Part shown: positions 43,120-52,938 of the stretch, one piece after another
Layout: every line of letters begins with the position of its first letter
Position numbering within the stretch: the stretch's first letter is position 1
Source of the DNA: a bacterium
GTDB taxonomy: Bacteria; Patescibacteriota; Patescibacteriia; JAGPKW01
Length of the DNA stretch: 64,000 nt
Reading direction: 5' to 3'
Assembly: GCA_021780535.1 (NCBI GenBank)
Contig: JAJXYN010000011.1
Coordinates: 15,295-79,294 of the forward strand
Made by a program: the position numbers and the translations under genes
Notes under the pieces: generated by a model
The model's input: the letters and a program-made list of their open reading frames with translations, nothing else
The model's database searches: none
What the model was told of the DNA's origin: nothing

Positions 43120-43476
43120 TTACTTAAGATTGTTGAATATCTTTGATAATATTAAATTTATTTCTCTTGCTTCTTTCCAGAATATTCTTAATTTTTCTTT
43201 ATTATCATCTTCATAATTAACTAGTATTTCTATCCAATATTCTGTTTCTTTCGCTTCTTTTCTTGATATTGCTATTTTGTTTCTAAAATCTTTTTTAGAA
43301 CAGCTATTATTAGCTTCTATATAGTTTGCACCAATAGAAGTTGAACATCTAAATAATTGATTTAATAAGGAATCTAAATCTTTATTAATATATTTATTTT
43401 CTTTTCTAATTTCTTTAATAAACAATATCAAATCTTTAATAAATAATTTAATTCTATCTTCAAGATCATATTTCAT
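43120..43476 (-). CDS. Four-helix bundle protein (23S rRNA-IVP/Avd-like family)
   Basis: YDLEDR, QLFRCSTSIGANYIEA..SKKDF..KEAKETEYW. Confidence 0.9.
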   Translation of the reverse strand: MKYDLEDRIKLFIKDLILFIKEIRKENKYINKDLDSLLNQLFRCSTSIGANYIEANNSCSKKDFRNKIAISRKEAKETEYWIEILVNYEDDNKEKLRIFWKEAREINLILSKIFNNLK

Positions 43477-43536
43477 AGTATTTGTTTTAAAATTTAAATT
43501 TTAATATTTAGATTTGTTTTGAATTTTGGTTTTTTT

Positions 43537-43676
43537 AGTTTTAAAATTTCTACTATACCAAACACTAAAACATACAACATTAATTTCCATATTAATTCTT
43601 TATTAATATTTTTAAATTTTGTTTTATATTAAATGTTAATTTTATTGTGCAAAACTAGATAAATAAATAATTTGAC
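43537..43676 (+). repeat. Cassette-boundary repeat A
   Basis: Near identical to 44286-44376 and 39263-39378. Confidence 0.88.
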
Positions 43677-43699
43677 GAATTTTTAGAATTTGATATAAT
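43672..43699 (+). promoter_or_regulatory. sigma70 promoter convergent on the PemK gene
   Basis: TTGACG-16-TATAAT with TGn extension. Confidence 0.75.
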
Positions 43700-43705
43700 A
43701 TTTAA

Positions 43706-43870
43706 TATAAATTCCTTCGGGACTACAAAGATGTTTAACATCTTTGGGAAAAAGCTTTTATTGAATTATGTCCATAAAAGTTTACAACAATGGCTTCGGC
43801 CCTCCCTCTAGTTAATTCTAGTAGGGTAAAAATTGAAAAACTACGCAATTAATTTGCGTAGTTTTTCTTT
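43706..43870 (+). ncRNA. Candidate PemK-associated structured RNA
   Basis: Hairpins ccUUCGgg, caaagatgtt/aacatctttg, ggcUUCGgcc, ccct-ctag/ctag-aggg; terminator gaaaaactacgcaa/ttgcgtagtttttc overlaps the stop. Confidence 0.6.
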
Positions 43871-44233
43871 TATTATTTTGAAATCTTCTATTTTTATATA
43901 TCCATTTAAATATTTTAATCTTTTACTATCTATTATTCTCAATTGTGATAACATTGCTGTACTTTCTATGTCTTTTATATAATTAAACTTATGATAGAAT
44001 TTATTTTCTTGTTTTTTTGATGAAGTTAATGGTATTCCAAAAAATAATCTATCATTAAATTTTTTTAATATTAAAACTGGTCTCAAAAATGATTTATTAT
44101 CACCATTTTGTTCAAAACCTATGTTTAACCCTAAAAAACAAAACCAAATTTCTCTTTCATGAAAAAATACATTATGTTCTTTTTTATTTAACTCTGATTT
44201 TTTATTGTGCCAATTTAAAATTTCTTTTTCCAT
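43841..44233 (-). CDS. PemK/MazF-family endoribonuclease toxin
   Basis: REIWFCFLGLNIGFEQNG..RPVLILKK..IPLTS..LSQLRIIDSKRL. Confidence 0.9.
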   Translation of the reverse strand: MEKEILNWHNKKSELNKKEHNVFFHEREIWFCFLGLNIGFEQNGDNKSFLRPVLILKKFNDRLFFGIPLTSSKKQENKFYHKFNYIKDIESTAMLSQLRIIDSKRLKYLNGYIKIEDFKIIKEKLRKLIA

Positions 44234-44285
44234 GTTTATTTAGTTTTAGTTTCTTTGTACTTCGAAGCTTTAGCGAAGAAGTATC

Positions 44286-44400
44286 AGTTTTAAAATTTCT
44301 ACTATACCAAACACTAAAACATACGACATTAATTTTTATATTAATTCTTTATTAATATTTTTAAATTTTGTTTTATTCTAGTTAATATCCAAATTGTGCA
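44286..44400 (+). repeat. Cassette-boundary repeat A
   Basis: agttttaaaatttctactataccaaacactaaaacatac.. near identical to 43537 onward; diverges after ~44376. Confidence 0.85.
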
Positions 44401-44474
44401 TAAAAGATAATTAACATTGATTTTATAATTAAATAAGGGTAGAATTTCTGTATTGATTTTTTTAAAGAATAAAA

Positions 44475-45371
44475 ATGAATAACTCTTTAGTTTCTGTTAC
44501 TATTACAACTAAAAATGAAGAGAAGAATATAGAAAATTGTATTAAATCAATATTTGGACAAACTTATAAAAATATTGAAATTATTGTAGTTGATAATAAT
44601 TCTTCTGATAAAACAAAAGAAATTGCATTAAAATATACAGATAAAGTTTTTGACAAAGGGCCTGAAAGGTCTGCTCAAAGAAATTATGGAATGATAGAAA
44701 AAAGCAATGGGGAATATGCTATGTTTATTGATGCGGACATGATTTTATCACCTGATGTTATAGAAAATTGTATTAAATTAACAGAAACTGAAAACATTGA
44801 TGCATTATGGATTCCTGAAATAGTTCTTGGAAATAATTTCTTTTCAAAATGTAGAAGATTTGAAAGAACTTTTTATAATGGAACAGTGATAGACGGAGCT
44901 AGATTTTTTAAAAAAAGTTCTTTTATTGAAGTTGGCGGTTTTGATATAACTATGAGTGGACCAGAGGATTGGGATATTGATAAAAAGCTAAAAGCTAAAA
45001 ATTTTAAATTAAAACTTTTAGAGACTGACGTATTAAATAAGAATAGTTGGGTATTGTATGAGTTCATAAAAGAAAGGGGTGTTAATTCTAATAAATATGG
45101 TTCTGTTATATATCATAATGAAGCTGACTTTAATCTTAAAAAGTATTTGAATAAAAAGGGATATTATGCTAAAAGTTTTGATGGATATATTAGTAAATGG
45201 GGTAAAGATGATAATGATATAAAAAAGCAATTTGGATTGAGTTATAGATATTTTGGTGTTTTTCTTGGAAATGGTAAATGGAAAAGATTATTATCTCATC
45301 CGATATTAGCTATTGGAATGTATTTTTTGAGATTTTTAGTTGGTGTTAGTTTTTTAATTAATAAAAAGTAA
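44475..45371 (+). CDS. Glycosyltransferase family 2
   Basis: VVDNNSSD, GPERSAQRNYG, FIDAD, GGFD..EDWD. Confidence 0.88.
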   Translation: MNNSLVSVTITTKNEEKNIENCIKSIFGQTYKNIEIIVVDNNSSDKTKEIALKYTDKVFDKGPERSAQRNYGMIEKSNGEYAMFIDADMILSPDVIENCIKLTETENIDALWIPEIVLGNNFFSKCRRFERTFYNGTVIDGARFFKKSSFIEVGGFDITMSGPEDWDIDKKLKAKNFKLKLLETDVLNKNSWVLYEFIKERGVNSNKYGSVIYHNEADFNLKKYLNKKGYYAKSFDGYISKWGKDDNDIKKQFGLSYRYFGVFLGNGKWKRLLSHPILAIGMYFLRFLVGVSFLINKK

Positions 45372-46400
45372 ATGAATAATCAATTTGATTTAAAATTTAG
45401 TATATTAATACCGACATATAAAGGTGCTGGCTTAATAAAAGAAACATTGGAAAGTATATTATCTCAAAGTTTTTATAATTATGAGATAATAATTCAAGAA
45501 GATGCATCTGACGATAATATAGAAGATGTTATAAAAAATTATAATGATAGTAGAATAAAATTTTTTAAAAATAATAAAAATTTAGGATATTCTATAAATT
45601 TAGAAGAAGGTAGAAAACATTGTACTGGAGATATAATATATTTAATGGGGCAAGATGATATTTTGGCAGAGAGTGCATTAATAAATACGTATAATGTATT
45701 TATAGAACATGATGATGTAGGTGCTGTTACTAGGCCATATTATTGGTTTGATAAAGATATAAAAATACCAGTTAGAGCTAAAAAACAATTAAATAGCAAA
45801 AAAGATGAAATTATAAAAATTGATGATGATATAGAAAAAATTATAAATGTATTTGAAACATTAGATCAACTTTCAGGATTGGCTTACAGAGTAAAATTTA
45901 TGGATATAGGATTTCATCCAGATTGTTTTCCTTGCCATATTTATCCATTCGCATCAATCTTTAAAAAACACTCTATAGCATTTCTTAAAGACTACACTAT
46001 TGCTGTAAGAATAAGTAGTAGTCAAACAAGAAATATATCTTCTATATATGAAAGATCTCCAATGCTTAGCTGGATAGACATGTTTAATAATGTTTTCAAA
46101 GAAGATAAATTCATAAAAACAAAAGATAAATGTATTAAAAATTTTGTTACTATAAATTATATTGGTCTTGTCCAGTTAAGAAATTATGCAAGATATTTTT
46201 TGTTTTTAAGAGAATCTTGGTATTTAATTAAATATCATTGGCAAAATATTTTTAATATAAAATATTGGTTTTTTGCTTTAGGGTGTGCTATTATGCCAGC
46301 AAAATTATTAATACCATTAGTTGATTGGTATAAAAATAAAATAAATTCTGCTAATTTAAAATATATAAAGTTTAATTATAAATTTAAACATAATGAATAA
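45372..46400 (+). CDS. Glycosyltransferase family 2
   Basis: SILIPTY, EDASDD, NLGYS, QDD. Confidence 0.85.
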   Translation: MNNQFDLKFSILIPTYKGAGLIKETLESILSQSFYNYEIIIQEDASDDNIEDVIKNYNDSRIKFFKNNKNLGYSINLEEGRKHCTGDIIYLMGQDDILAESALINTYNVFIEHDDVGAVTRPYYWFDKDIKIPVRAKKQLNSKKDEIIKIDDDIEKIINVFETLDQLSGLAYRVKFMDIGFHPDCFPCHIYPFASIFKKHSIAFLKDYTIAVRISSSQTRNISSIYERSPMLSWIDMFNNVFKEDKFIKTKDKCIKNFVTINYIGLVQLRNYARYFLFLRESWYLIKYHWQNIFNIKYWFFALGCAIMPAKLLIPLVDWYKNKINSANLKYIKFNYKFKHNE

Positions 46401-47070
46401 AATTATAACTTATTTACATAATTATCCTTTTTTTACTAAAATTTTTCATACTTTAAATTATTGTTTAAAAAATGAGTTAAAAGATTGCCAAACTGTATTA
46501 GATTTGGGTTGTGGTCCTGATTCTCCTTTAAAATATTGTAAAAATATTAAATATAGTGTCGGCGTTGAAGGTTTTGAACCATATCTAGAGAAATCAAAAT
46601 CTAACAATATACATTCTGAATATATTTCAAAAAATATAATGGAATTAGATTTTCCAGAAAACTCATTTGATGCCGTTATTATGATAGAAGTATTAGAACA
46701 TTTACCAGAAAATGTTGGTTATGAAATTGTTAAAAAAATGGAAAAATGGGCAAAAAAGAAAATTATTATATCATCACCAAATGGTTTTATAAATCAAAAA
46801 GAAGTGGATAACAACCCACTACAAAAACACTTATCTGGTTGGGATTATAAAAAAATGGAAAAATTAGGTTTTAAATGTTATGGGTTAGCTGGTTTTAAAT
46901 TTCTAAGACAAGAAGTACAAAACGATACAATGAGTAACAATTTATTAACATCAATAAGATTTAAACCTAAAGCTTTTTGGTTTATTATTGCTACTTTAAG
47001 TCAAATTTTTACCTATCATTTCTCCGGATTAGCATTTGAATTGTTTAGCGTTAAAAAATTAAAAAAATAA
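46393..47070 (+). CDS. Class I SAM-dependent methyltransferase
   Basis: VLDLGCG, FDAV..EVLEHL. Confidence 0.88.
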   Translation: MNKIITYLHNYPFFTKIFHTLNYCLKNELKDCQTVLDLGCGPDSPLKYCKNIKYSVGVEGFEPYLEKSKSNNIHSEYISKNIMELDFPENSFDAVIMIEVLEHLPENVGYEIVKKMEKWAKKKIIISSPNGFINQKEVDNNPLQKHLSGWDYKKMEKLGFKCYGLAGFKFLRQEVQNDTMSNNLLTSIRFKPKAFWFIIATLSQIFTYHFSGLAFELFSVKKLKK

Positions 47071-47071
47071 T

Positions 47072-47776
47072 ATGAAGTTTTTTAGAAAGTATTTTTTGTA
47101 TTTATTGGAATTAAGCACTAAGAAAAATTTAAGAAATATAATAGATTTTTTAGATAAAAAAGAATCTTGTAATTTTCTAGATTTAGGATGTAATGACGGT
47201 GTTGTTACTTTAAATTTTGCTAAAAAAATAGAAACTAAAAATATATATGGCGTTGAAATTGTTGATAACGCAATTGCCATTGCTGAAAGTAATGGAATTA
47301 AGGTTTTTAAAGCTGATTTAAATTTAAAATTACCATTCGAGGATTCTTATTTTTATTTTATAACAGCTAATCAGGTTATAGAGCATCTTAATAATACGGA
47401 TAATTTTATTTCTGAGATACATAGAATTTTAAAGCCCGGTGGATATGCTATTATTAGTACGGAAAATCTTGCTAGTTGGCATAATATTTTTTCTTTATTA
47501 CTTGGATTTCAACCATTTAGTATTACTAATTATTCAAATAAGGGTGTAATAGGTAATCCTTTTTCTTTATGGAAACAAAACAAATACGATGACAATACTC
47601 TTTCTTGGCAACATCAAAAAATATTTTCGTATTTTGGATTAAAAGATTTATTTATTAAAAATGGATTTTCTGTAATAGCTATTAAGACTAGTGGATATTA
47701 TCCTTTACCTGGTTTCTTTTCTGATATAGACAAAATACATGGTCATTGGCTAACGATAAAAGTGCAAAAATTATAA
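47072..47776 (+). CDS. Class I SAM-dependent methyltransferase
   Basis: FLDLGCNDG, QVIEHL, RILKPGG. Confidence 0.88.
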   Translation: MKFFRKYFLYLLELSTKKNLRNIIDFLDKKESCNFLDLGCNDGVVTLNFAKKIETKNIYGVEIVDNAIAIAESNGIKVFKADLNLKLPFEDSYFYFITANQVIEHLNNTDNFISEIHRILKPGGYAIISTENLASWHNIFSLLLGFQPFSITNYSNKGVIGNPFSLWKQNKYDDNTLSWQHQKIFSYFGLKDLFIKNGFSVIAIKTSGYYPLPGFFSDIDKIHGHWLTIKVQKL

Positions 47777-47800
47777 TATAATCTAATAAAATTTAAATTT

Positions 47801-48337
47801 ATGAATATTTTTTTTAAAATTATATTATTCATAATTTCTATTCCAGCGAGATTAAAAGGAATGAAATTTGGAGTAAATAGTTATATTTTGCCAGGATATG
47901 ATGTGTTATTTAATCAAATGAAAAACATAAATTTAAGTAATAATGTTGTTATTGGAAGAAATGCATGGATTCAAACCATAGAAAATGGGGAAATAATTAT
48001 CAATAACAATACTCATATAGGTAGGAATGTTGTAATTTCTTCTAGGGGTAATATAGTAATAGGAAATGAATGTATGATATCTTATTTTGTTTCAATTTTA
48101 GACCATAATCATGATTTTTACAATATTAATAAATCCCCAATTTTTAGCGGGTTAACTAACCCCAAAAATATTTCAATAGGCGATAAAACTTTTATTGGAG
48201 CTCATTCTTTTATAATGCCTGGCGTTAAATTAGGGAAAAATTGCGTTGTTGGTGCTAATAGTGTAGTAACCAAAAGCTTTGAAGATTATAGTATTATAGC
48301 TGGAAATCCAGCAGTTTTAATAAAAAAAATAGTTTAA
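47801..48337 (+). CDS. Left-handed beta-helix O-acyltransferase
   Basis: Hexapeptide repeats, DHNH, VGANSVV, AGNPA. Confidence 0.9.
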   Translation: MNIFFKIILFIISIPARLKGMKFGVNSYILPGYDVLFNQMKNINLSNNVVIGRNAWIQTIENGEIIINNNTHIGRNVVISSRGNIVIGNECMISYFVSILDHNHDFYNINKSPIFSGLTNPKNISIGDKTFIGAHSFIMPGVKLGKNCVVGANSVVTKSFEDYSIIAGNPAVLIKKIV

Positions 48338-48340
48338 TGT

Positions 48341-49234
48341 ATGAATAAAAAAATTTCAGTAATTATAGTTACTTATAATAGAAAAAATGACGTAGACTTA
48401 TGTTTACAGTCTATTTTTAATAGTACATATAATAATTATGAAATTATTGTTGTTGATAATGCGTCTGAAGACGACACGGTTATGTTTTTAGAAAATAAAT
48501 ATTCTAATAGCATAAACTTAATAAAAAGCCCAGTAAATTTAAATGCTGGGGGTGGTAGAAATTTGGGAGCGAAAAATGCTAGTGGAGATTATTTTTTGTT
48601 TATAGATAGTGATAATGTTATAGATTTTAATATGATAAATGAATTATATTTAGAAATTGAGAAAGGTAATAATTGTGGGATGATAGGGCCATTGATGTAT
48701 TATTATGAAAAAAAAAATATTATATGGTTATCTTTTGCCAATATAAATATGTGGACTAGTAAGTCAAAATATGAAGGGAATCTTGAAGAAGACAAGGGGC
48801 AATATAATCTTGTTAGAGAAACTGGCCATTTGCCTAATGTTTTTATGGTTAGAAAAAATATTTGGGAATTGGTTAATGGGATAGATGAAATATATGGAAT
48901 TATGTACGAAGAATCAGATTTAGCTGAAAAAATAAAAAAAATTGGATATAAAATATTAATAACTCCAAAAGCAAAAACATATCACAATACTCCTATGTCT
49001 TATAGCAAAGATTTGGAGTTTAATAATAAAAGATTTTATTATACAACTAGAAATAGAATAATATTTATGAGAAAAAATGCGACAAAAATACAATTATTTG
49101 TTTTTTATTCGATATTTATGCATGTTTTAAATTTTTATTATTTTATAAATATACTTAAATTTGGGAAATTAAATATAATTTCAACTTTTTTTTCAGCAAT
49201 TAAAGATGGTGTAACCATAAAAATAGAAAAATAA
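48341..49234 (+). CDS. Glycosyltransferase family 2
   Basis: IIVTYN, VDNASED, GGRNLG, FIDSD. Confidence 0.88.
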   Translation: MNKKISVIIVTYNRKNDVDLCLQSIFNSTYNNYEIIVVDNASEDDTVMFLENKYSNSINLIKSPVNLNAGGGRNLGAKNASGDYFLFIDSDNVIDFNMINELYLEIEKGNNCGMIGPLMYYYEKKNIIWLSFANINMWTSKSKYEGNLEEDKGQYNLVRETGHLPNVFMVRKNIWELVNGIDEIYGIMYEESDLAEKIKKIGYKILITPKAKTYHNTPMSYSKDLEFNNKRFYYTTRNRIIFMRKNATKIQLFVFYSIFMHVLNFYYFINILKFGKLNIISTFFSAIKDGVTIKIEK

Positions 49235-49246
49235 GTAAAAAATAAT

Positions 49247-51889
49247 ATGATGTTTTATAAAAAAATTAATTTAAAAAAAATACTTATATTTATTGTATGC
49301 TTTTTTGTAATATTTCTATCAAGATGGAAATTATTTTTAAATAGTGGAGTAATAGGCCATAATTGGGATTGGTCAATACCATTATTGAAAAGTTCTAATT
49401 TAGAATTATTTAACCAAGGGAAATATATTTGGAATACTTTTTTTCTTGGCGTTTCGGATATTTTTTTTAGATTTTGGAATTTTTATTTGCATTTTTTAGG
49501 AATATTTTTAGGTGGTGAATTTTTATCTAAATTCATTATATTTTTTATATTAAGTTGTGGATTTTTGTCGTTTTATTTTTTTATAAAATTTTTTATAAAA
49601 AAAGTAATCAATTTTGATTATAATAAAGAAAAAGAGGATTATTTATTGTTCATAATCCCATCATTGTTATATGTTTTAAATCCTTTTATTTTTAATGATA
49701 TTATATCAGGAAGTCTTATATATCTTATAGCGTACTCCTTATTACCATTAACTTTACTATTTTTTATAAAATATATATATACTAATAAATTTAAAAATGT
49801 TATATATTTTTCATTTGTAATATTTTTTGTTTCTGGATCAACCCAAATGTATATATTTTCTATTATTTTATGCTTTTCTTTTTTAATTTATTATTTTTTT
49901 AACAAAAAATCTATATTAAATGGATTTAAAATTTTTTCTTTTTCTCTTTTAATAATTTCTATTCTGTTAATTCCTTTGTTATATAATAGTATTAATTTAC
50001 AAAAAACTACTTATTCTAAAAGAGCTAGTGCTAATACTGCAGTTCAAAAATACAGTAATCAGTTTTTAAATACACAACAAAACATATTAAGATCTTTTAC
50101 CTTGGAATCTTTTTTAGATAGAAACATTTTTTCGCATTTTTTAATTATACCATATTATTTTATATTTTATTGTTCTATTTTTTTATTAATAATAATAAGT
50201 ATATTTTTTGTTATTAATAACAAAAAATTAAGTAAAAAAAATATTATATTTGTTTTGCTATCATTTATTATCTCCATAACCGTTGTATCAATTTCTAAAA
50301 ATCCAATTACGGGTAATATGTTTCTATGGTTAATGGATAATTTTATCCCAGCAAGAGCTTTTAGCACAACTTATCATCTTGTATTTTTCTCAACATTTTC
50401 AACCTGTTTATTAATTAGCTTTGCTTTATTAAATCAAAACAAAAAATACTATGCTGTATTTATTGTTTTAATCATGTTAATTAATATTCAAGTTTTTGTA
50501 TTTGGAGATAATGGCATAAATATTTTAAAAAATCAAAAAAGAGATAGCATTGATCAATATTATCCAAACAATGAATTTATAAAATATTCCCTAGCTACTA
50601 ATCTAAAAAAACTTGATTATAGAATGTTATCAATACCAATGTCATATTCTCCTTATTATTTAAAAACAAAAAATCAAAACTATGGACAAGGCGGAGACCC
50701 TGATTTATTAACATTAAAACCATCAACATTTGAAAATTTTGTAAACACATCATACGTACTAGAAAAGGATTTGTTATATAATAAAAACGTAAATAATAAT
50801 TTATATTCATTATTTAATTTTAGAGATTTTATAATTAAAACTGATGTTGTCAGTAATTTTTCAAATTATAAAAATGATTATGATTACTCAAAATTAATTA
50901 AAAAATTTGAAAACAATATGCTATTTAAATCAAAATATTTTAATAATGGTGAATTTAATATTTTTCTTCAACACTTCTACACCCCCCAAACTATCATAAA
51001 ATCATCTCAAAATATCAGCGTATTGCCAGATATTGTTTCTCAAAATGATTATAACATTCGTTCTGCTACTTATTTTTCTGATAATACTTACAATGCTGAC
51101 GATAAATCTGTTTTTAACCCTAACGCTATTACGAAGACTGAAGTTAAAAATACTCCTACTATTGAATTTAAAAAAGTTAATCCTACTAAATATAAAGTTA
51201 TTATTCATGATGCAACTTCTGAATTTCCATTGATATTCTCTGAATCGTTCCATGATGGGTGGAAAGCATATTTAACTTCATCAAATAATTTAAAAACTGA
51301 AAAAACCAAAATTCAAAACGAGGAAATATTAAAAAATTATAAAATATTGGATGGGAATAGTGATGATCAAGCTTCTATTGACGAACTTAAGAGTTATATT
51401 GATAAAGGCTATATTTCTTCTTTGGGTGATTTGAAACAAAAAAATATTAAACATGTTAAATGGGATAATAATAAAGAGGTTTTTGATTATAATGAACCTT
51501 ATAAGATAGACTTTATTTCTAAAGATTTTAACGGCACTATTCAAAACGATAATCTTGACAGTGGCCATTTCTATGAAACTTGGTCAAAAACTCCTATTAG
51601 CGACTCTAATCATTCTATGGTTAATGGTTATGCTAATTCTTGGAATATTGATCCTAATAGTATTTGCAATAATAATTCTAAATGCACTAAGAATGCTGAT
51701 GGTAGTTATGACATGGAATTTACTATTGAATTTTGGCCTCAAAGATTATTCTATCTTGGTTTAATAATTTCCGGTACTACACTAATCGGTTGTATTGTTT
51801 ATTTGATTGTTGATGGTGTTAAAAATAAGAAAAAGAAAGAAGAAGAAAAAGAAAATAATAATCATGACCTAATTTCATATTTTGATTAA
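49247..51889 (+). CDS. Large polytopic GT-C-like membrane protein with extracellular C-terminal domain
   Basis: GHNWDW in the first loop, many TMs, LYVLNP; C-terminal ESFHDGWKAY, VNGYANSW and WPQRLFYLG module. Confidence 0.7.
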   Translation: MMFYKKINLKKILIFIVCFFVIFLSRWKLFLNSGVIGHNWDWSIPLLKSSNLELFNQGKYIWNTFFLGVSDIFFRFWNFYLHFLGIFLGGEFLSKFIIFFILSCGFLSFYFFIKFFIKKVINFDYNKEKEDYLLFIIPSLLYVLNPFIFNDIISGSLIYLIAYSLLPLTLLFFIKYIYTNKFKNVIYFSFVIFFVSGSTQMYIFSIILCFSFLIYYFFNKKSILNGFKIFSFSLLIISILLIPLLYNSINLQKTTYSKRASANTAVQKYSNQFLNTQQNILRSFTLESFLDRNIFSHFLIIPYYFIFYCSIFLLIIISIFFVINNKKLSKKNIIFVLLSFIISITVVSISKNPITGNMFLWLMDNFIPARAFSTTYHLVFFSTFSTCLLISFALLNQNKKYYAVFIVLIMLINIQVFVFGDNGINILKNQKRDSIDQYYPNNEFIKYSLATNLKKLDYRMLSIPMSYSPYYLKTKNQNYGQGGDPDLLTLKPSTFENFVNTSYVLEKDLLYNKNVNNNLYSLFNFRDFIIKTDVVSNFSNYKNDYDYSKLIKKFENNMLFKSKYFNNGEFNIFLQHFYTPQTIIKSSQNISVLPDIVSQNDYNIRSATYFSDNTYNADDKSVFNPNAITKTEVKNTPTIEFKKVNPTKYKVIIHDATSEFPLIFSESFHDGWKAYLTSSNNLKTEKTKIQNEEILKNYKILDGNSDDQASIDELKSYIDKGYISSLGDLKQKNIKHVKWDNNKEVFDYNEPYKIDFISKDFNGTIQNDNLDSGHFYETWSKTPISDSNHSMVNGYANSWNIDPNSICNNNSKCTKNADGSYDMEFTIEFWPQRLFYLGLIISGTTLIGCIVYLIVDGVKNKKKKEEEKENNNHDLISYFD

Positions 51890-51892
51890 ATG

Positions 51893-52005
51893 CTTTTTTA
51901 TAAAATAGGGTAGAGATACTCTATTTTAGTTTAATTCTTTAGTTTTTTAGTTTTGAATTTTATTTTTATTTGACGTATTATTATTTTTTGATATAATTTA
52001 AATAA
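51893..52005 (+). repeat. Direct repeat B (113 bp) containing a convergent promoter
   Basis: Matches 52741-52853 with two substitutions; TTGACG(51970)-16-TATAAT(51992). Confidence 0.9.
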
Positions 52006-52098
52006 TAACGAGACGCCCGGGACAAATTCCAGGGGAAAAGATATTTCGTAAGATTTATCTACTGGGCTGTCTGGCCACCTTTGATGGTGGCTTTTTTA
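52004..52098 (+). ncRNA. Candidate DUF3800-associated structured RNA
   Basis: Stem agacgcccgg/ctgggctgtct; terminator gccacc/ggtggc-T6 antisense to the last ~14 codons of the gene. Confidence 0.6.
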
Positions 52099-52654
52099 GT
52101 TCTATAACTTTATATTTTAATATTTTTTTTAATATAATATTTAAATCATTGTCTAATTTATTTTCATTATCAAAATAATATCTAAAAAAACCTGCGATAT
52201 AATCAGCAATTTTTATACCTATAGAATTATTATCTTTTATGGTTCTTATTTTACTTATAGATACATTTCTATCTCTAAAGTATTTTTTAATTTTTCTATC
52301 ATATTTTTTGGATTTTTTACCATCAATAAAAACATAATTATTCTTATCATTTTCAATAAAATCAATTAAAGAGCTTTCTAATTCTTTTTCTTGATTTATT
52401 GGGTTTATTAATATTTTTATTTTAAAATTTACTTTTTGATCTGCTATTTCTTGTAAAACTCTTTTCTTAACATTCCAATTATCCTCACTCCAATGAAATG
52501 ATTTGATTTTTAATATCTTTTCTAAATCAATAATTATCTTTTCTATAAAAACATAATTATCTTCATTTATAAACACAAAAGCAAAACACGAATACTTTAT
52601 ATCTTTATTTACACCAGATTCATCTATAAATATATAAGTTTTTTCTTTTTCCAT
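52055..52654 (-). CDS. DUF3800-family protein (RNase H-like fold)
   Basis: YIFIDESG N-terminus; IKIADYIAG motif. Confidence 0.8.
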   Translation of the reverse strand: MEKEKTYIFIDESGVNKDIKYSCFAFVFINEDNYVFIEKIIIDLEKILKIKSFHWSEDNWNVKKRVLQEIADQKVNFKIKILINPINQEKELESSLIDFIENDKNNYVFIDGKKSKKYDRKIKKYFRDRNVSISKIRTIKDNNSIGIKIADYIAGFFRYYFDNENKLDNDLNIILKKILKYKVIELKKPPSKVARQPSR

Positions 52655-52740
52655 TTTTTATAATTAATCATTAATCTATTTATTATAGACTACTTATTAA
52701 TAAATGGCTAATATTAGAATATTAATTAAGAATTAATTAA

Positions 52741-52853
52741 CTTTTTTATAAAATAGGGTAGAGATACTCTATTTTAGTTTAATTTTTTAGTTTTTTAGTT
52801 TTGAATTTTATTTTTATTTGACGGATTATTATTTTTTGATATAATTTAAATAA
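52741..52853 (+). repeat. Direct repeat B, copy 2, containing a convergent promoter
   Basis: TTGACG(52818)-16-TATAAT(52840). Confidence 0.9.
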
Positions 52854-52938
52854 CAATGCCTTCGGGCCCCGAGATTTCAATATTTATTTATTGATTTCGC
52901 ATATATAAAAGCAGTCAGAAATGGCTGATTTTATATTT
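52852..52938 (+). ncRNA. Candidate PemK-associated structured RNA
   Basis: gccUUCGggc hairpin, cgagat..tcaata/tattga..ttcg hairpin, ataaaa-cagtca-gaaa-tggctg-ttttat terminator abutting the stop. Confidence 0.55.

Noticed and set aside
43120-43476. Avd of a diversity-generating retroelement
   Set aside because: No reverse transcriptase and no TR/VR pair in the window
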